Shown here: one piece after another, positions 27,105-39,693 of the stretch
How positions within the stretch are numbered: the stretch's first letter is position 1
How the letters are laid out: every line of letters begins with the position of its first letter
Source of the DNA: Protoeuglena noctilucae
Taxonomy: Eukaryota
DNA length: 64,000 nt
Assembly (NCBI GenBank): GCA_958009085.1
Contig: OY253688.1
Location: forward strand, 310,001-374,000
Direction of reading: 5' to 3'
Translations under genes and position numbers: made by a program
The notes under the pieces: generated by a model
What the model was told of the DNA's origin: nothing
The model's input: the letters and a program-made list of their open reading frames with translations, nothing else
Database searches by the model: none

Positions 27105-27408
27105 AGCGTGGAAAGATGATCACAAGTCGAGTCAAATGAGCCTGCAGCACGACAGCTACGGTGCAAACGGCAGGGCTTGCTGGCCACTGAGCCTGTGAAC
27201 GTCGCACAAATCGCAGGTTACGAGGCCTTGCAGTGTAGGAGCTGGGGAAGAATCCCCGCAGTTTCCTTGCGGCGAGGGCATCCACCGCGCCGTCGCGTTT
27301 TGCCACGCTTGCGGATCCAGACTCGCAGAACCGGGCGACGGTTCTCTTGCAGACCGCCTGGTGGAGTCAGCCGGCGTGCGCAACGCGCTGGAGCGGCAAC
27401 CGGGCGCC

Positions 27409-30400
27409 ATGGTGGTTAGTGTGCAAGCATTTGCATGCCCGCCGGCGCCATGGTCTCCTTGCATCACGTCCTGCTTCGTATCGTTTGCATGTGTCATGCG
27501 TGGAGAGAATACACCCGTCACGCGTGCATATGAGCAATTTTCCCCGCAGGATGAGGAGAAAAGCAAGGGCACTCGCGCCGAGGCGGCCTCAACGCTCCGG
27601 GATTCCGTCAAGCCCGTCCCGTACTTCAAGATCTTCTCCTTTTGTACGGTGCGACGGCGAGGGCATGTCGGAGCGCTTAGTTGTTCACTGGGCCCAGTTG
27701 TCCTGCGTGCTGCTGTTGGGACAGCAGGGTTGTCCAGCCCAGGCTGCAGGCGACTGGCCAGGTACTCATGTGCCCGCAGCCGCTCGAGTGGGTGATGTTG
27801 CTCGTCTCTGCCGCCGGCTCGGCCGCCAGTGGCCTCACCATCATCGCGTTCGCCATCCTCATGGGACGGCTGCTGGACCAGCTGGGGCCTGGCACGAGCA
27901 ACGAGCAGCTGGCGAGCAAGGTCCTCATCCTCGTCTACGCATTCCTCATCGTGGCGGGCGTGGCGCTCGTCGCCTGCTACCTGGGCGTCGGTGGCTTCAT
28001 GACCCACGCCGTGCGCATTGCCAACTGCATGCGTACCGCCTACCTCAAGGCTATCCTTCGCCAGGACGCCGAGTTCTTTGACCTCGAGGGGTCCAGTGGT
28101 GGCCTGCTCTCCAGCCTCAACCAGGACACAGCGATGATCCAGGACGGCCTCGGGGAGAAAGCCAGGCGCGTTCGTTTGCATGCTCGCAGCCTGATTGACA
28201 CAGCGCACCCTCGCCGCGCATGCCGGCGACCGGACAGTGCCTCCCTCGCATGCCGCAGTGCCTTCATCCAGAACGGCGCCACCTTCGTGGGGGGGATCGT
28301 CGTGGCCTTCATCACCTCGTGGGACACGGCGCTGGTCGCTGTCGCGTGCTACCCCCTCCTGGGTACCATGGGTGCTCTCATCTCCACGCTGGTCTCCTCG
28401 AGTCAGACGCGGGGCTCCGCCGCGCACCGGAGCGCCGCCGCCCTGTCGCAGGAGGCTTTCGGGAACATCAAGTCAGGTGAAGGCTGTTGGGCTGGGTTCA
28501 AAGTGCAGTCCATCATGTCTTGCACAATCCCTTCCGTGATCCATCACACGCCGCCGTTCAAATGTTACGTACCATGCATGCACGGCATAGGATAGGTACT
28601 TGCGGCTCCCGACCTCGCATGCTTTATCCGCCCGCAGTCGCCGCCTTCAACGCCCAGGCGTCTCTGTCTGCCAAATACTCCTCCAAGCTGGCCGAGCCCC
28701 GTTCCTTCGAGCGCAAGCAGGCGTGGGCGCAGGGCACGGTCATGGGCCTCGGGAACGCGGCCTTCTTCTTCCTTTTCTCGGTCGTGCTGTGGTACGGAGC
28801 ACGAAAGGTCGCCCACGGGACCATGACCGGAGGGCAGGTCCTCACGACGCTCTTCTCCGCCGCCATGGCCGCCTTCAGTCTCGGTATGGCCCTCCCGAGC
28901 CTCCAGTACTTCCAAAAGGCATCTGCCGCAGGGGGCGTGCTCTTCCACGTGCTGGACATGAAGCCCAAGATCGACAACCTGGACCCGTCGGGCGTGATTC
29001 CAGATTCTTGCGCGGGGGCCATTCGCCTGAGGAACGTCACGTTCGCGTATCCATCCCGCCGGGACGTCGACGTCTTCCGGTCGTTGACCCTCGACATCCC
29101 CGCCGGGCACAGCGTGGCGCTCGTGGGGGAGAGCGGCTCCGGCAAGTCCACCACGATCGCGCTGCTGCTTCGCTTCTATGATCCCCAGGCGAGTTTGGTG
29201 ATGTCGAACGTACCACCTTGTCATGCTGCCTCTGTGCTTCCAGCAGGCGAGCCTCAAGCCATTGTAAGCAATGCACAGCTCGTTTGCTTGCTTGGCACAA
29301 GCTGCCACCACAACACAGCATCGCTGCTGCCTTCCTTCTGTCGCCCGACTGACATCGTCACTCAAGCCCCACAACGCAGGGTGGCAGCATCACGATGGAC
29401 GGGGTGGATCTGAAGGACCTGAATGTGAAGTGGCTCCGCAGCCGTATGGGGCTCGTGTCCCAGGAACCCACGCTGTTCGCGACCAGCATTCTCGAGAACG
29501 TACGCTACGGCAAGCCGGGCGCCACGGACGAGGAAGTGGTGAGTGAGCGAGGGGCGATTGGCGGATGAGGCGACGAGCGTGTAGGGGGTGGCTGGCAGGT
29601 TTCAAGAGCTTCTGAGCTAGTGTGAAGCACCGCAGTTACAGCTCCTGTCGCGCTCCATTGCTCGCAGATCGCCGCGCTCAAGTCGGCCAATGCCTGGAAG
29701 TTCATCAAGCTCCTGCCGGAGGGCGTGAACACGAACGTGGGTGAGAAGGGCCTGCAGATGTCCGGGGGCCAGAAGCAGCGCATCGCCATCGCCCGCGCCA
29801 TCATCAAGGCGCCCACCGTGCTGCTGCTGGACGAGGCGACGTCGGCGCTGGACGCTCAGTCCGAGAGAGTCGTGCAGGTGTGGTGCTGTCATGCTTATGC
29901 TATGCTATGCTATGCTATGCTCATGCTCATGCTTGCATGTCGCACCACTCGCGCCCGGCACGTCAGAGCTGTCTGGCTCACCCTATGCGCTGCTCGGGGT
30001 GTTGCGCATAACCTCGCCTTCCCTGCCATCCCAGGTGGCCCTGGACTCGGTCATGAAGGGCCGCACGACCGTGATCGTGGCACACCGGCTGAGCACCATC
30101 CGGGGCGCCGACAAGATCGCCGTCATGCGCAAGGGCGAGGTGATCGAGGAGGGAACCCACACGATGCTGAGCCTGCGTGGCGGGGCGTACGCGTCGCTCA
30201 TCCGCGCCCAGCACGGCTCCGTCATTGGCTCCGTGCTTGGGTCTGTCATGTCGGGGTCCTCGGCGGCGGCGGACGTGAAGGCCCTTGCGTGGGCGGAGGA
30301 GCAAGAGGAGCTGGCCGCGAAGGAGGAGGCGGCCAAGGCAGCGCTGGCCGCCAGCGAGAGCGAAGTGGTGGCTGACGGGGGCAGCGCGGAGGCGGAGGCG

Positions 30401-33400
30401 GCCGGCAAGGGCGGGCCCAAGGCAAGGGGTGCGGCGCTTGGTGGCTGCGAGGGCGAGCTGCGTTGCAGTAGCAAAGCAGGCTCCGGCAGCACGAGTGGGC
30501 AGCACAGCAAGCACGAGCTGTCTCATATGAGGTCCGGTCACGAGGTCTCACCCATAACAAGCGTGTTTGCAGGCCAAGAAGCCCAAGGGTCCTAAGGACA
30601 AGGTCCCCTTCGGCCGCATCTGGGCCCTCACCCGCCGCGAATGGCCCCTGCTGGTCGTGGCGGTCGTGTGCTCCACGGCCGTCGGATGCGTCATGCCCGT
30701 CTTCGGCCTCCTCTTCGCCCTCATCCTCAGCGCGCTCTACAAGCCGAGGGACCAGGTCCAAAGCGCTGTGCAGATCCTGGTGGACCTCTTCGTCGCGGGG
30801 GGGTTCGTGTCTCTCATCGTCACCACGCTCCAGGCAAGCGTTTGGGGCAGGGCGACTGGGCATGGCACACGGGGACAGGGCCGTGCTGACAAAGCCCTTG
30901 GTCGTGCAGCGTGTCGCGCTCGCTACCCTCGCGCCCGCAACTCACGACCTGCGCGTCCGCTCAGCTTCCCCACGCATGCACGCTGCTACCCCCAGTCTAC
31001 ATCACCTCGCTTCGCGCAGGGCGGCAGCCTGGGCATCATCGCCGCCAACCTGGCCATGCGTCTCCGTAGCCTCCTCTTCCGCGCCTTCCTGCGCCAGGAC
31101 CAGGCCTTCTTCGACGTCCCGGAGCACTCCACGGGGAACCTCAGCACGGCGCTGACCAAAGACGCCTTCTACGTCAAGGTGAGGGCCTGAGCACTGACCT
31201 GCTGTGCCAAAGGACGCCATGCAAAGTTGCGATGCCAAGCCATGAGCAAGGCTGCTGAGTAGAGCTGCGACGGGGGTGTCGAAGCGACCGTGGAGCTTGC
31301 ATGCAACCCTCCCCTCCTCGCAGGGTGTGATTGCCGACTCTGCGGCGGTCATCATCCAGAACATCTCGACGCTGGCGCTCGCGTACACACTGTCGCTCTA
31401 CTACTCCTGGCGCGTGGCCCTGGTCATCACCGCGGCTCTGCCGGGCCTGGTGCTGACGGGCGTGTTCCAAGCCAAGTTCGCGATGGGGTTCGACCAGGAG
31501 GCCAGCCTGCGATTCGGTGCAGCTAACAGCACTGCCTCCGACGCCATGGCCAACGTCAAGTGAGTTGCTGTTGACAGTACTGCCTCAGACACCTGTTGCC
31601 GACGTCAAGTGAGATGTAAGCATGCGCACAGGGGCGCCCGCCGATGGGTCTACGTAGCGATGCATGGCGCGTGGGAAAGTGTGTCCCTCACACTCACCCA
31701 CCCTCGGCGTGTCTCCCATCGCAGGGTCATCCAGGCCTTCTCCCTTGTCGAGGACGTGTCGGGCCTCTACCGCAAGCAGCTGGAGCGCCCCACGCGAGAC
31801 TCCATCCGCGCCGCCCAGATCAGGTGAGTCGTGCAACAGGGGTGGCGAGATCGTCGCAACTGACGTAGCGTTACGACATGAGACGACCCTTGTTGCTATT
31901 CCTTCATCACTGGTGAATTAGGGAAGTTAGCGCGTCTTGCCCTGCATCATCTGGTCTAGCCAGGTGATGGTCGTATGAGTTACAATCGCCCTCTCGCGTG
32001 GGCGCAGTGGCTTCGGCTTTGGCGTCTCCACGGCCTACCTCTTCTGCCTCTGGGGCCTGGGCTTCTGGTTCGGGTCCACGCAGATCCGCTCGGCCGGACT
32101 CAGCTTCAAGGACTTTATCAACAGCCTCATGGTGCTCATCATGGCGGGACAGGCGAGGGATGCGATGCGTGGGATGGCAGCTGGGCAGATGGGTGCAGGG
32201 AGCTAGGGATGGGTTGCTTACATACCTTAACTTTCTAAGTCAACTCAATTCATACGCGCATTACACGCAACACTAATTCTCTGTGCGCCTGACATACAAC
32301 CTCACGTGGACACGTGTTCACCTCGACTCCTCCAGCCAGTGCTTTCCATGAATCTCTCCATGACTATGCCTTGACTTGGCCTCAACTGCTCCTCACTGTG
32401 CCTCACTCGACCATGCCCTCTTGCATCCCCCAGGGCTTCCAGCAGGCCCAGATGACCTTCCCAGACCTCAGCAAGGGCGCCTCGGCTGCCATCAAGATCT
32501 TCAAGGCCATCGACCGAGTGCCGCCCATCGACCCAGAGAGCGAGGTGAGGGGCCAGGGATGCATAGCGTAAACGCGAACGCCTCATGCCTGCACAGTGGC
32601 TGCCCCGCCCTGCCTCCCAGCGCCATTTTCACCCACAACTCCCACGCCACCCTCACCCGCCATCCCCCATCCCCACGCCATTTACTCTCATGCACCCCTG
32701 CAGAGCGGCGACAAGCCGGCCTCGGTTGCGGGTCTGATCGAGTTCACCGACGTCCACTTCCGGTACCCCGCGCGCCCCACGGTGGAGGTGTTCCAAGGCC
32801 TCACGCTCACGATTCCCGCGGGCCGCACCGTCGCGCTGTGCGGCGAGTCGGGCAGCGGCAAGTCCACCGCCGTCGCCCTCATCCAGCGGTGGTATGACCC
32901 AGAGTCCGGGTCCGTAAGGCTGGATGGCCGCGACTTGCGGGACCTGTGCGTGCGCTGGCTGCGGTCGCACATGGCCCTTGTGCAGCAGGAGCCGGTGCTG
33001 TTCGCCGGCACCGTCGCGGACAACATCACGTTCGGGGGTGAGCAGTCGCGCAAGTATGACTCACAGGGACTTACGGGCGCATGTGCATGTGCGGACGGTA
33101 TCTCGTGACACCAGAGACCCTGAACGACGAGCGACGTTTGCCGCACCGTGGAGCATAGCACACTCCTCTCCCTGCATCAACCTGATGTCCTAGAGCATAT
33201 CATACTCCTCCCCTGTATTGCATCGTCCTCTGTCCTTTCGTGATGTGACCGTTCGTGCCGTGCCGCAGACGAGACGCTGACCCGGGAGCAAGTGGAGAAG
33301 GCGGCGGCCTTGGCAAACGCTTCCAAATTCATCGAGGCGTTGCCGGAGGGCTACGACACGCTCATCGGCGAGGGCGGCGGGGTGCAGCTGTCTGGGGGCC

Positions 33401-33910
33401 AGAAGCAGCGCGTGGCCATCGCCCGCGCCGTCATTCGGGACCCTCGCGTGCTGCTCTTGGACGAGGCGACGTCCGCGCTGGATGCGGAGTCGGAGAGGGC
33501 CGTGCAGGTGAGACCCGAGCACGTGCTTGGCTCTCGTGGCAGCGGCTCATGTTGCTGAGTGGGCCGTGCTTGCCTCTCGTGGCAGTGTGTCCAGTGGCAG
33601 GGGGTCATGTCGTGCAGGTTACACGAGCGTGCTGCCCTTCCTGCCTGTGCGGCTCGTCGCGTGGTGAGGGTACCTGGGCCAGTGATTGCTCCATCACCTG
33701 ACCGCATCCGCGTCGCCACAGGTGGCTTTGGACTCCGTCATGAAGGGCCGCACGACCGTGATCGTGGCGCACCGGCTGAGCACCATCCGGGGCGCCGACA
33801 AGATCGCCGTCATGCAGCAGGGAAGGGTGGTCGAGGAGGGAGGGCACACGATGCTGAGCCTGCGGGGCGGGGCGTACGCGAACCTCATCCGCTTGCAAAA
33901 TAAGGCATGA
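27409..33910 (+). CDS. Full-size ABCB (P-glycoprotein/MDR) transporter, ~17 exons
   Basis: TMD-NBD-TMD-NBD layout with Walker A 'GESGSGKST' x2, signature '(M/L)SGGQKQR' x2, '[11 protein letters not shown]' x2 and 'VAHRLSTI' x2. Confidence 0.96.
29892..29935 (+). repeat. Intronic (ATGCT)n/(ATGCTC)n microsatellite
   Basis: Sequence reads tgcttatgctatgctatgctatgctatgctcatgctcatgcttg. Confidence 0.85.
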
Positions 33911-33929
33911 TTGGCTCGATGGCCAACAC

Positions 33930-34004
33930 CCGTGCCTGGAGCATACCGGCAAGGTCCTACTTTCGTTGTTGCAGAGCAAACGCCCGTGCCTGGAGCATAC
34001 CAGC
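33930..34004 (+). repeat. Direct repeat (~22 bp x2) just 3' of the ABCB stop
   Basis: CCCGTGCCTGGAGCATACC(G/A)GCA occurs at ~33930 and ~33983. Confidence 0.8.
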
Positions 34005-34509
34005 ACGGGTGCTGAGCTCTGTCTTCGCATCTATGGCCGCTGAGGGCTGACTGACGCATCCTGAGCACTTTGATCCGACACTTTTTCAATTTTGACGAGA
34101 AGGCTCCGAACGAAACGCACTGTGCACGGATAAACACTGACCGCCTGGCACCTCGAGATCTGGCGCCTTTGAAACCCTCCTTCGGGCTTCTGATGCTCAC
34201 AATCTCTGCGCTCTGGCAACGTGTGGTAACGACCGCATCGCATCGGGCTGGAAATCGCGCTGTACGCAGGGGCTCGGGCCCCAGGGGCGGTACAGCAAAG
34301 AAACATCTTGAGTAGCTCCTCCACAGGGTTGCTGATACGCTCAACTTTGTATGCATTCCTGAGATCCGACACGCTATCAAGCGGGTGCGATCGCTGCCCC
34401 AAGCGCGGGGGCTGCATTCGTGGGCATTTGCACTCACTTCCTCGCGATTACTGCTCATAGCCGCCACAGACCGCCGACCCTACGCGCTGCAAATGCTGTG
34501 GCTGCAGAG

Positions 34510-37310
34510 ATGGCCTGGGCTGGTGGGTCGGGCGCCGCGACGGGCGCGCGGGGGCGGGCCGAGGGCGACTGGGCGATCGCAGTGGAGGAGCTGGAGTGGG
34601 GCAAGTCGCTGGGTCGAGGCGGGCAGGGCGAGGTGTTCCGGGGCCGGTGCCGACAGCGTGATGTGGCGATCAAGCGGCTGGACGCGGACCTGACCAGGGT
34701 GGCGGCGGGGTCCGTCGGGGCGGCGCTGGAGCGGGGGATAGAGGAGCTGCGGAGGATGGCGGCCGCGTGCGAGGGCAGCAAGCGCGTGTGCAGGTGAGGC
34801 AGCAACGCGGGGGCTGTCAGGGGCGCCGTCGGTGGTGCCAGCATGCATCATGGCTGGCTGGTGCAGCAAGCGCGTGTGTATTCGATGCTGTCTGTCCCGC
34901 AGGCTGCTGGGCTTCGCCGTGCGGGGCGCGCAGCTGCACGTGGTGATGCCGCTGTGCGAGCAAGGGTCGCTGGCGCGGCGCATTGCGGAGCGCGGGGCGG
35001 GGCTCCGGGCGGAGGAGGTAGCGGAGGTGGCGGTGCAGATGCTGGAGGGGCTGGTGGAGCTGCACGAGCGGGGCATTGTGCACCGGGACGTCAAGCCGAC
35101 GAACGTGCTGGTGGAGGACGGGGGCGGGCTGGTGCTGGCGGACTACGGGCTGGCGACGGTGGCGGAGAGGATGGGGGCACCGGTGAGCGAGCGTTGGTGG
35201 GGCTGGTGGCGGTGCGTGTGTGACGTTAGGCAGGTGTGGGCACAGCAGAGATTGCACGACATGGCAGTGAGGAGGCGGCTGACAGACGTTGTCGCACGCG
35301 TCGCCTGCAGTTGAGCGGGCGGGGTGGCAGCGCCGGGGCGGGCAGCGCGCCGTACCTGGCGCCCGAGGAGTGGGACTCGGAGCTGGGAGCGCCGACGGCG
35401 GCGGCGGACGCATACGCGGCGGCGGTGACGCTGTGCCACGCGGCGACGGGGCGGCGGCCGTTCGGGACCAAGAGCGTGATGCAGATCATGGCGGACGTGG
35501 TGACGCTGGGGCGGTTCCCGGAGGTGCCGGAGTCGGTGCCGGAGCCGCTGCGGTCGGCAGTGCGGCGGGCGCTGGTCAAGCAGCCGCAAGAGCGGACGAG
35601 CGTGGCGGACATGCTGCGGGCAGCGAGGGAGAGCAGGCGATGGCGAGGGCAGTTGATGTGGTGTCGATGAAGTGGGCTCAGACGATGCATAGAGGGCTAA
35701 TGCGCTGATTGCTTCACGCTGCTGTGCGCAGGGAGCGGTGCGCGAGCGTGGGGAGGGTAGCCAAGGACGCGGCGCCCGTGCCTGTGAGTGCGGCAGACGG
35801 TGGGGAGGGGGCGCGTGGGCGAAGCAGTGAGCAGGCTGAGCGGACGGAGGAGTGGTGGGTCGGGCTCATGTACGTGCTGGGGCAGCCGAGCGAGCTGCGG
35901 CGGAGGGCGGCATGGGAGGCGGTGGCGGGGATGCCGGAGATGCAGGGGGCGGGGCTGGAGTGGGCGGACGTCGAGGTGAAGTTGCGGGGTGACAATGTGG
36001 CGAATGAGACAAGAAAGGGAAACGCGGGGCGGGGGGCGAGGGCAGCACAGTCGGGGGGGTTATCGGGGTCTGAAGTGGTGAATGCCCTCGCTAGAGGGAC
36101 CGTGGTGGACCTGAAAGGGAGGGAGGTGGTGCTGACGCGAGTGGCGTCGGTGGTGGGGGTGGGGAGAACGGCAACGTTGCGGAATGGGACAGTGCGCGGG
36201 GCAAACGCAGCGATCGGCGACGGCTACGCGCTGCAGTGTGAGCAGCGAGCGCAGCTCCATCTGCAAGATGTGAGGGTGGTGGGGACGGGCATCGCGTGCA
36301 TGGGTCATGCGACCATGGCACTACTGGACGCGAGCGTAGAGGACAGTCCGGACTCGGGCATCTACTGCACGGGAAAGGGCTCCCTCGTGCGCGTGGAAGG
36401 GGGCCGCATCAAGGAGGCCAACGGACATTACGGGCTGCTTTGCGACCGAGGCGGGGAGGCGCAGGTGTGGGACGCGGAGGTCGCCGACTGCAGGGAGTGC
36501 TGCGTGTGCGTTATCGACCGGGGGAGCAAGGTGACGATGGGGAGGGGGCGCGTCGTGGGGTCCAGGGAGCACCATGGGGTGGCCTGCGACGCTGGTGGGC
36601 AGGCTGAGATGGAAGACGTAGATATTGTTGACTGCCAGGAAATGGGCGTGGCTTCCCTGGGAAGGGGCAGCAGGGTGGTCGTGCGGGGGGGTCGCATCAT
36701 GGGGTCTAAGGTCTTGCACGGGGTGGGCTGCGACGACGGCGGGCAGGCGGAGGTGCAGGGCGTGACAATCGCCGACTGCTATCGCTGCGGGGCGACGGCC
36801 CGCGGCGTGGGCAGCAAGGTGGTGGTGCACGGGGGTCGCATCCTGCGGACCAAAGATGGCCACGGGGTGTTGTGCGAAAGCGGCGGGGAGGCGGAGGTTT
36901 CGGGCGTGGAGATCGTCGACTGCGCGAAGGCTGGCGTGAGCTGCTGATACGAGGGCAGCAGCGTGGTCATGTCTGGGGGGAGCATCGTGGGGTCTTCGGC
37001 TCTGATCGGGGTGACCTGCATATCGGGGGGCCAGGCCCAGCTGCAGGACGTAGAGATCGCTGACTGCAGCCGGCAGGGCATCTTGAGCGTTGGGGCAGGG
37101 AGCAAGGTGGTGGTGCGCGGGGGGCGCATCCGCCCAGGGCCCGATGCCTTGTTCGGCGTCCTGAGCAGCGAAGGTGCGCACGCGGAGGTGCGGGATGTGG
37201 TGATTACTGGGGGCAAGTTTTATGGCCTCGCCGACGGCTTCTCAGGGACCCTGGTGCACAGCGGGTGCACCGTGACGGGGTGTTTGCTGGGCGCCTATGG
37301 CTCCACGTAA
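34510..37310 (+). CDS. TKL-like protein kinase fused to right-handed beta-helix repeats, with an in-frame TGA at 36945-36947 (truncated allele or pseudogene possible)
   Basis: 'LGRGGQGEVF', 'VAIKRL', 'HRDVKPTNVL', 'LADYGLA' and 'YLAPEEW', followed by ~49-aa double-coil repeats 'I.DC...GV....GS.VVV.GGRI...HGV.C..GG.AE'. Confidence 0.75.
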
Positions 37311-37974
37311 CAAAGAGCGGTGAGCAGAGTAACGGTGCGTGACGCCTGGCTGGGTGCGTGGAGGCCGGCAACGTTCGCATCCATCCCCTCCCACAGGCAC
37401 CTCGCGGCTGGACTGCGCAAGAGTTGAGACGTCAGGCCCAGCGACACCGACGTGTCACGACACGCCAGGCAGGGCCGTCGGGCTCTGGCCGTCGGGCTCT
37501 GGACCAACGCAGCGCATTCTGCGCAGCCAGGCGCGTGCGAGCAGGTGGAGCTGAGCAGACAGCGGGCAGACTGCAACAGCAGAAGTTGAGGGGACACGGC
37601 CCGCGCATCGGCGTCCGGGGCCCTCTGGGTCCGACCCGAACGTATCCACGACGCGTGAGTGAGCTTGTGGCCTTGATGCGCTGCCTTGCGGGCGTCGGGG
37701 CGTCAAGAGCCGCGGCCCAGCCCGCGTCTTCGTTTCCCGGGACGCGTGCAACCCACGACGGTGCGCGGAGGCCGTGTCCGCAGGTCGTCGTGCCATGGGA
37801 GGCGGACGCAAGGCCAAACGGGGGCCGGGGGCCAAGCACAAAGGGGCTTCGCGTGTCGGTGAGGCCAAAGGCCGAGAATTCAGGCCGCGCGAGAAGACGC
37901 CCCGTCGCTCGCTGTTCAGCGTTCCGCCAGGCCCGTCTCCGCAGATTGTGATTGTATTCATCATCAAGAAAACC

Positions 37975-39693
37975 ATGGAGGGCCTCGGCTATCGAAGGAC
38001 GCGCGCGTCGGTGAGAATCGTGCGTCCTTTGATGTTGGTTGCACCCTGGTTGCCTCGCAGCGACAATCAGCGCGGTCCGATCGCGCTCGCAGGGTGGAAC
38101 GACCTGCCTGGGGACCTGCATCGCGAGATCCTGCAGCTGGTGCCTCTGAGCGACGCGACGGCGGCGCGGCGGGTGTCGCGGGAGATGCGCGACGAGGTGG
38201 ACGAGGTGTGGAGGGAGTGGGGCATCCGGGCTGCCACGATGAAGGAAATGCTTGTCTCCGTCATCGAGCATTGGGGCCCCATGGACATCAGGTCCCTGAC
38301 CCGCGGCCCGGCCTTCAGTCCGCTGGTGGTGCATCTGTTCGGCGGGTCCCACGCGCACCACCTGGCGAGCCTGGGGCTGGCGAGGCAGGCCATGCGGGTG
38401 GCTAGGGCGCCTGACCTCAGGGGGACCACGTGGAGAGCAGGCATTCTGCGGGACGACCAGGAGCAATCGCCGCTTCAAGGGACCGGGCTGTTGGCGGTGG
38501 CTGTGAAGTCCCGCCAGCCGGTGGGGCGCGGAGAGGACAGCGAAGCTCGCTGTGTGCCCGTGCTGACGGACGGTGAAGCGGCTTGGCTGGTGCGGGCGGC
38601 GGCGGCGAGGGGGCTGGACATCAGCCGACGCTGCTGCAACGATCTGCCCGTCCTGTCGCACTGCGCGCTGGAGGGCTGGTTGGAGGCGGTGAAGGCGTGC
38701 CTGGCGGCAGGCGCCGAGGTGGATGCGCCTGGTGGCGTTTGGGGCTGGGAGACGGCGCTGGCGCATGCCAGTCGAAAGGGTCACGAGGCGGTGGTGGATG
38801 TGCTGCTGGAGGCGGGGGCGTCGACCCGGGCCGGGAGGGATGGTCGGGACGAGCTCGTGAGCGCCCTGTGCATGGGCCGTCCGACGCCGGGCATCGTGAG
38901 GCGGCTGGTGGAGGCGGGGGCAGACGTGAACGGGACCGGCGTCGACTCGATGCTGACGGCACTGGGATGGGCCGCGAAGGCTGGCGACCTCGCCGTGATG
39001 GAGGTCCTTGCGGAGGCGGGGGCGGACGTGAACAGCTTCGTCTGCGCTGTGTGCTCGCCCGTGCCGGCCCTGCACGTGGCGGCGGACGGGGCGGTGGTGC
39101 GGTGGCTGATGGCGCGCGGGGCCGACCCGGGAGTGTGCGGCCCCGGCGCGGCGCTCATGAGCGCAAGCTCGTTCGGCCACGTCGACGCCGTCCGCGCCCT
39201 GATCGATGCGGGCGAGCGGGTGACCGAAGTGGGCCCGGGCGACAGCACGGCGCTCCACTGCACGGTGGACTGCCCCGGGGGCGAGCAAGCGGCCGTGGAG
39301 ATCACGCGGCTGCTGCTGGCGGCGGGGGCGGACGTCCGGGCTGCCAACGATGTGGGCCACACGCCCCTGCACCGCGTCACGCACGCCGCCTGCGTGGCCG
39401 TGCTGCTGGCCGCCGGGGCGGACCTGGAGGCGCGCGATCGGGAGGGCCAGACGCCCATCTACCACGCAGCGTGCAGGAGTCTGCGATTCAAGGGGTGCGA
39501 CGAGGTGGTGCTGCGGATGGCCGACCGAGGCGCGAACCTGGTCCGCACGTGCGGGACGGCCGGGCTCGTGAAGCGCCGGGTGCGGCAGCTGCGGGCGCAG
39601 CGCCGCGTTGCTGCCTCGCCCGCCGCCGTCGCTGCTGCTAGGCTGCTGGTCCTGCTGCTGCTCCTGCTGCTCCCTAGGGGCATGGCATTATGA
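37975..39693 (+). CDS. F-box-like plus ankyrin-repeat protein
   Basis: 'WNDLPGDLHREILQLVPLSDATAARRVSREMR' (F-box-like) and multiple ankyrin repeats ('GHTPLH', 'LLAAGADLEARDREGQTPIYHA'). One short 5' intron. Confidence 0.85.
   Translation: MEGLGYRRTRASVRIVRPLMLVAPWLPRSDNQRGPIALAGWNDLPGDLHREILQLVPLSDATAARRVSREMRDEVDEVWREWGIRAATMKEMLVSVIEHWGPMDIRSLTRGPAFSPLVVHLFGGSHAHHLASLGLARQAMRVARAPDLRGTTWRAGILRDDQEQSPLQGTGLLAVAVKSRQPVGRGEDSEARCVPVLTDGEAAWLVRAAAARGLDISRRCCNDLPVLSHCALEGWLEAVKACLAAGAEVDAPGGVWGWETALAHASRKGHEAVVDVLLEAGASTRAGRDGRDELVSALCMGRPTPGIVRRLVEAGADVNGTGVDSMLTALGWAAKAGDLAVMEVLAEAGADVNSFVCAVCSPVPALHVAADGAVVRWLMARGADPGVCGPGAALMSASSFGHVDAVRALIDAGERVTEVGPGDSTALHCTVDCPGGEQAAVEITRLLLAAGADVRAANDVGHTPLHRVTHAACVAVLLAAGADLEARDREGQTPIYHAACRSLRFKGCDEVVLRMADRGANLVRTCGTAGLVKRRVRQLRAQRRVAASPAAVAAARLLVLLLLLLLPRGMAL

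Noticed and set aside
31549..31613. Duplicated exon-intron junction GCC(A/G)ACGTCAAGTGAG in an ABCB intron
   Set aside because: A 16-bp local duplication. The intervening sequence has an in-frame stop, so no functional alternative donor is supported.
33930..34004. Direct repeat pair as a CRISPR-like array
   Set aside because: Only two copies, eukaryotic 3' UTR context and no cas genes.
36936..36953. Possible 18-nt GT...AG mini-intron removing the TGA
   Set aside because: Far shorter than the other introns here (~70-550 nt), has a weak acceptor, and removal would break the repeat register.
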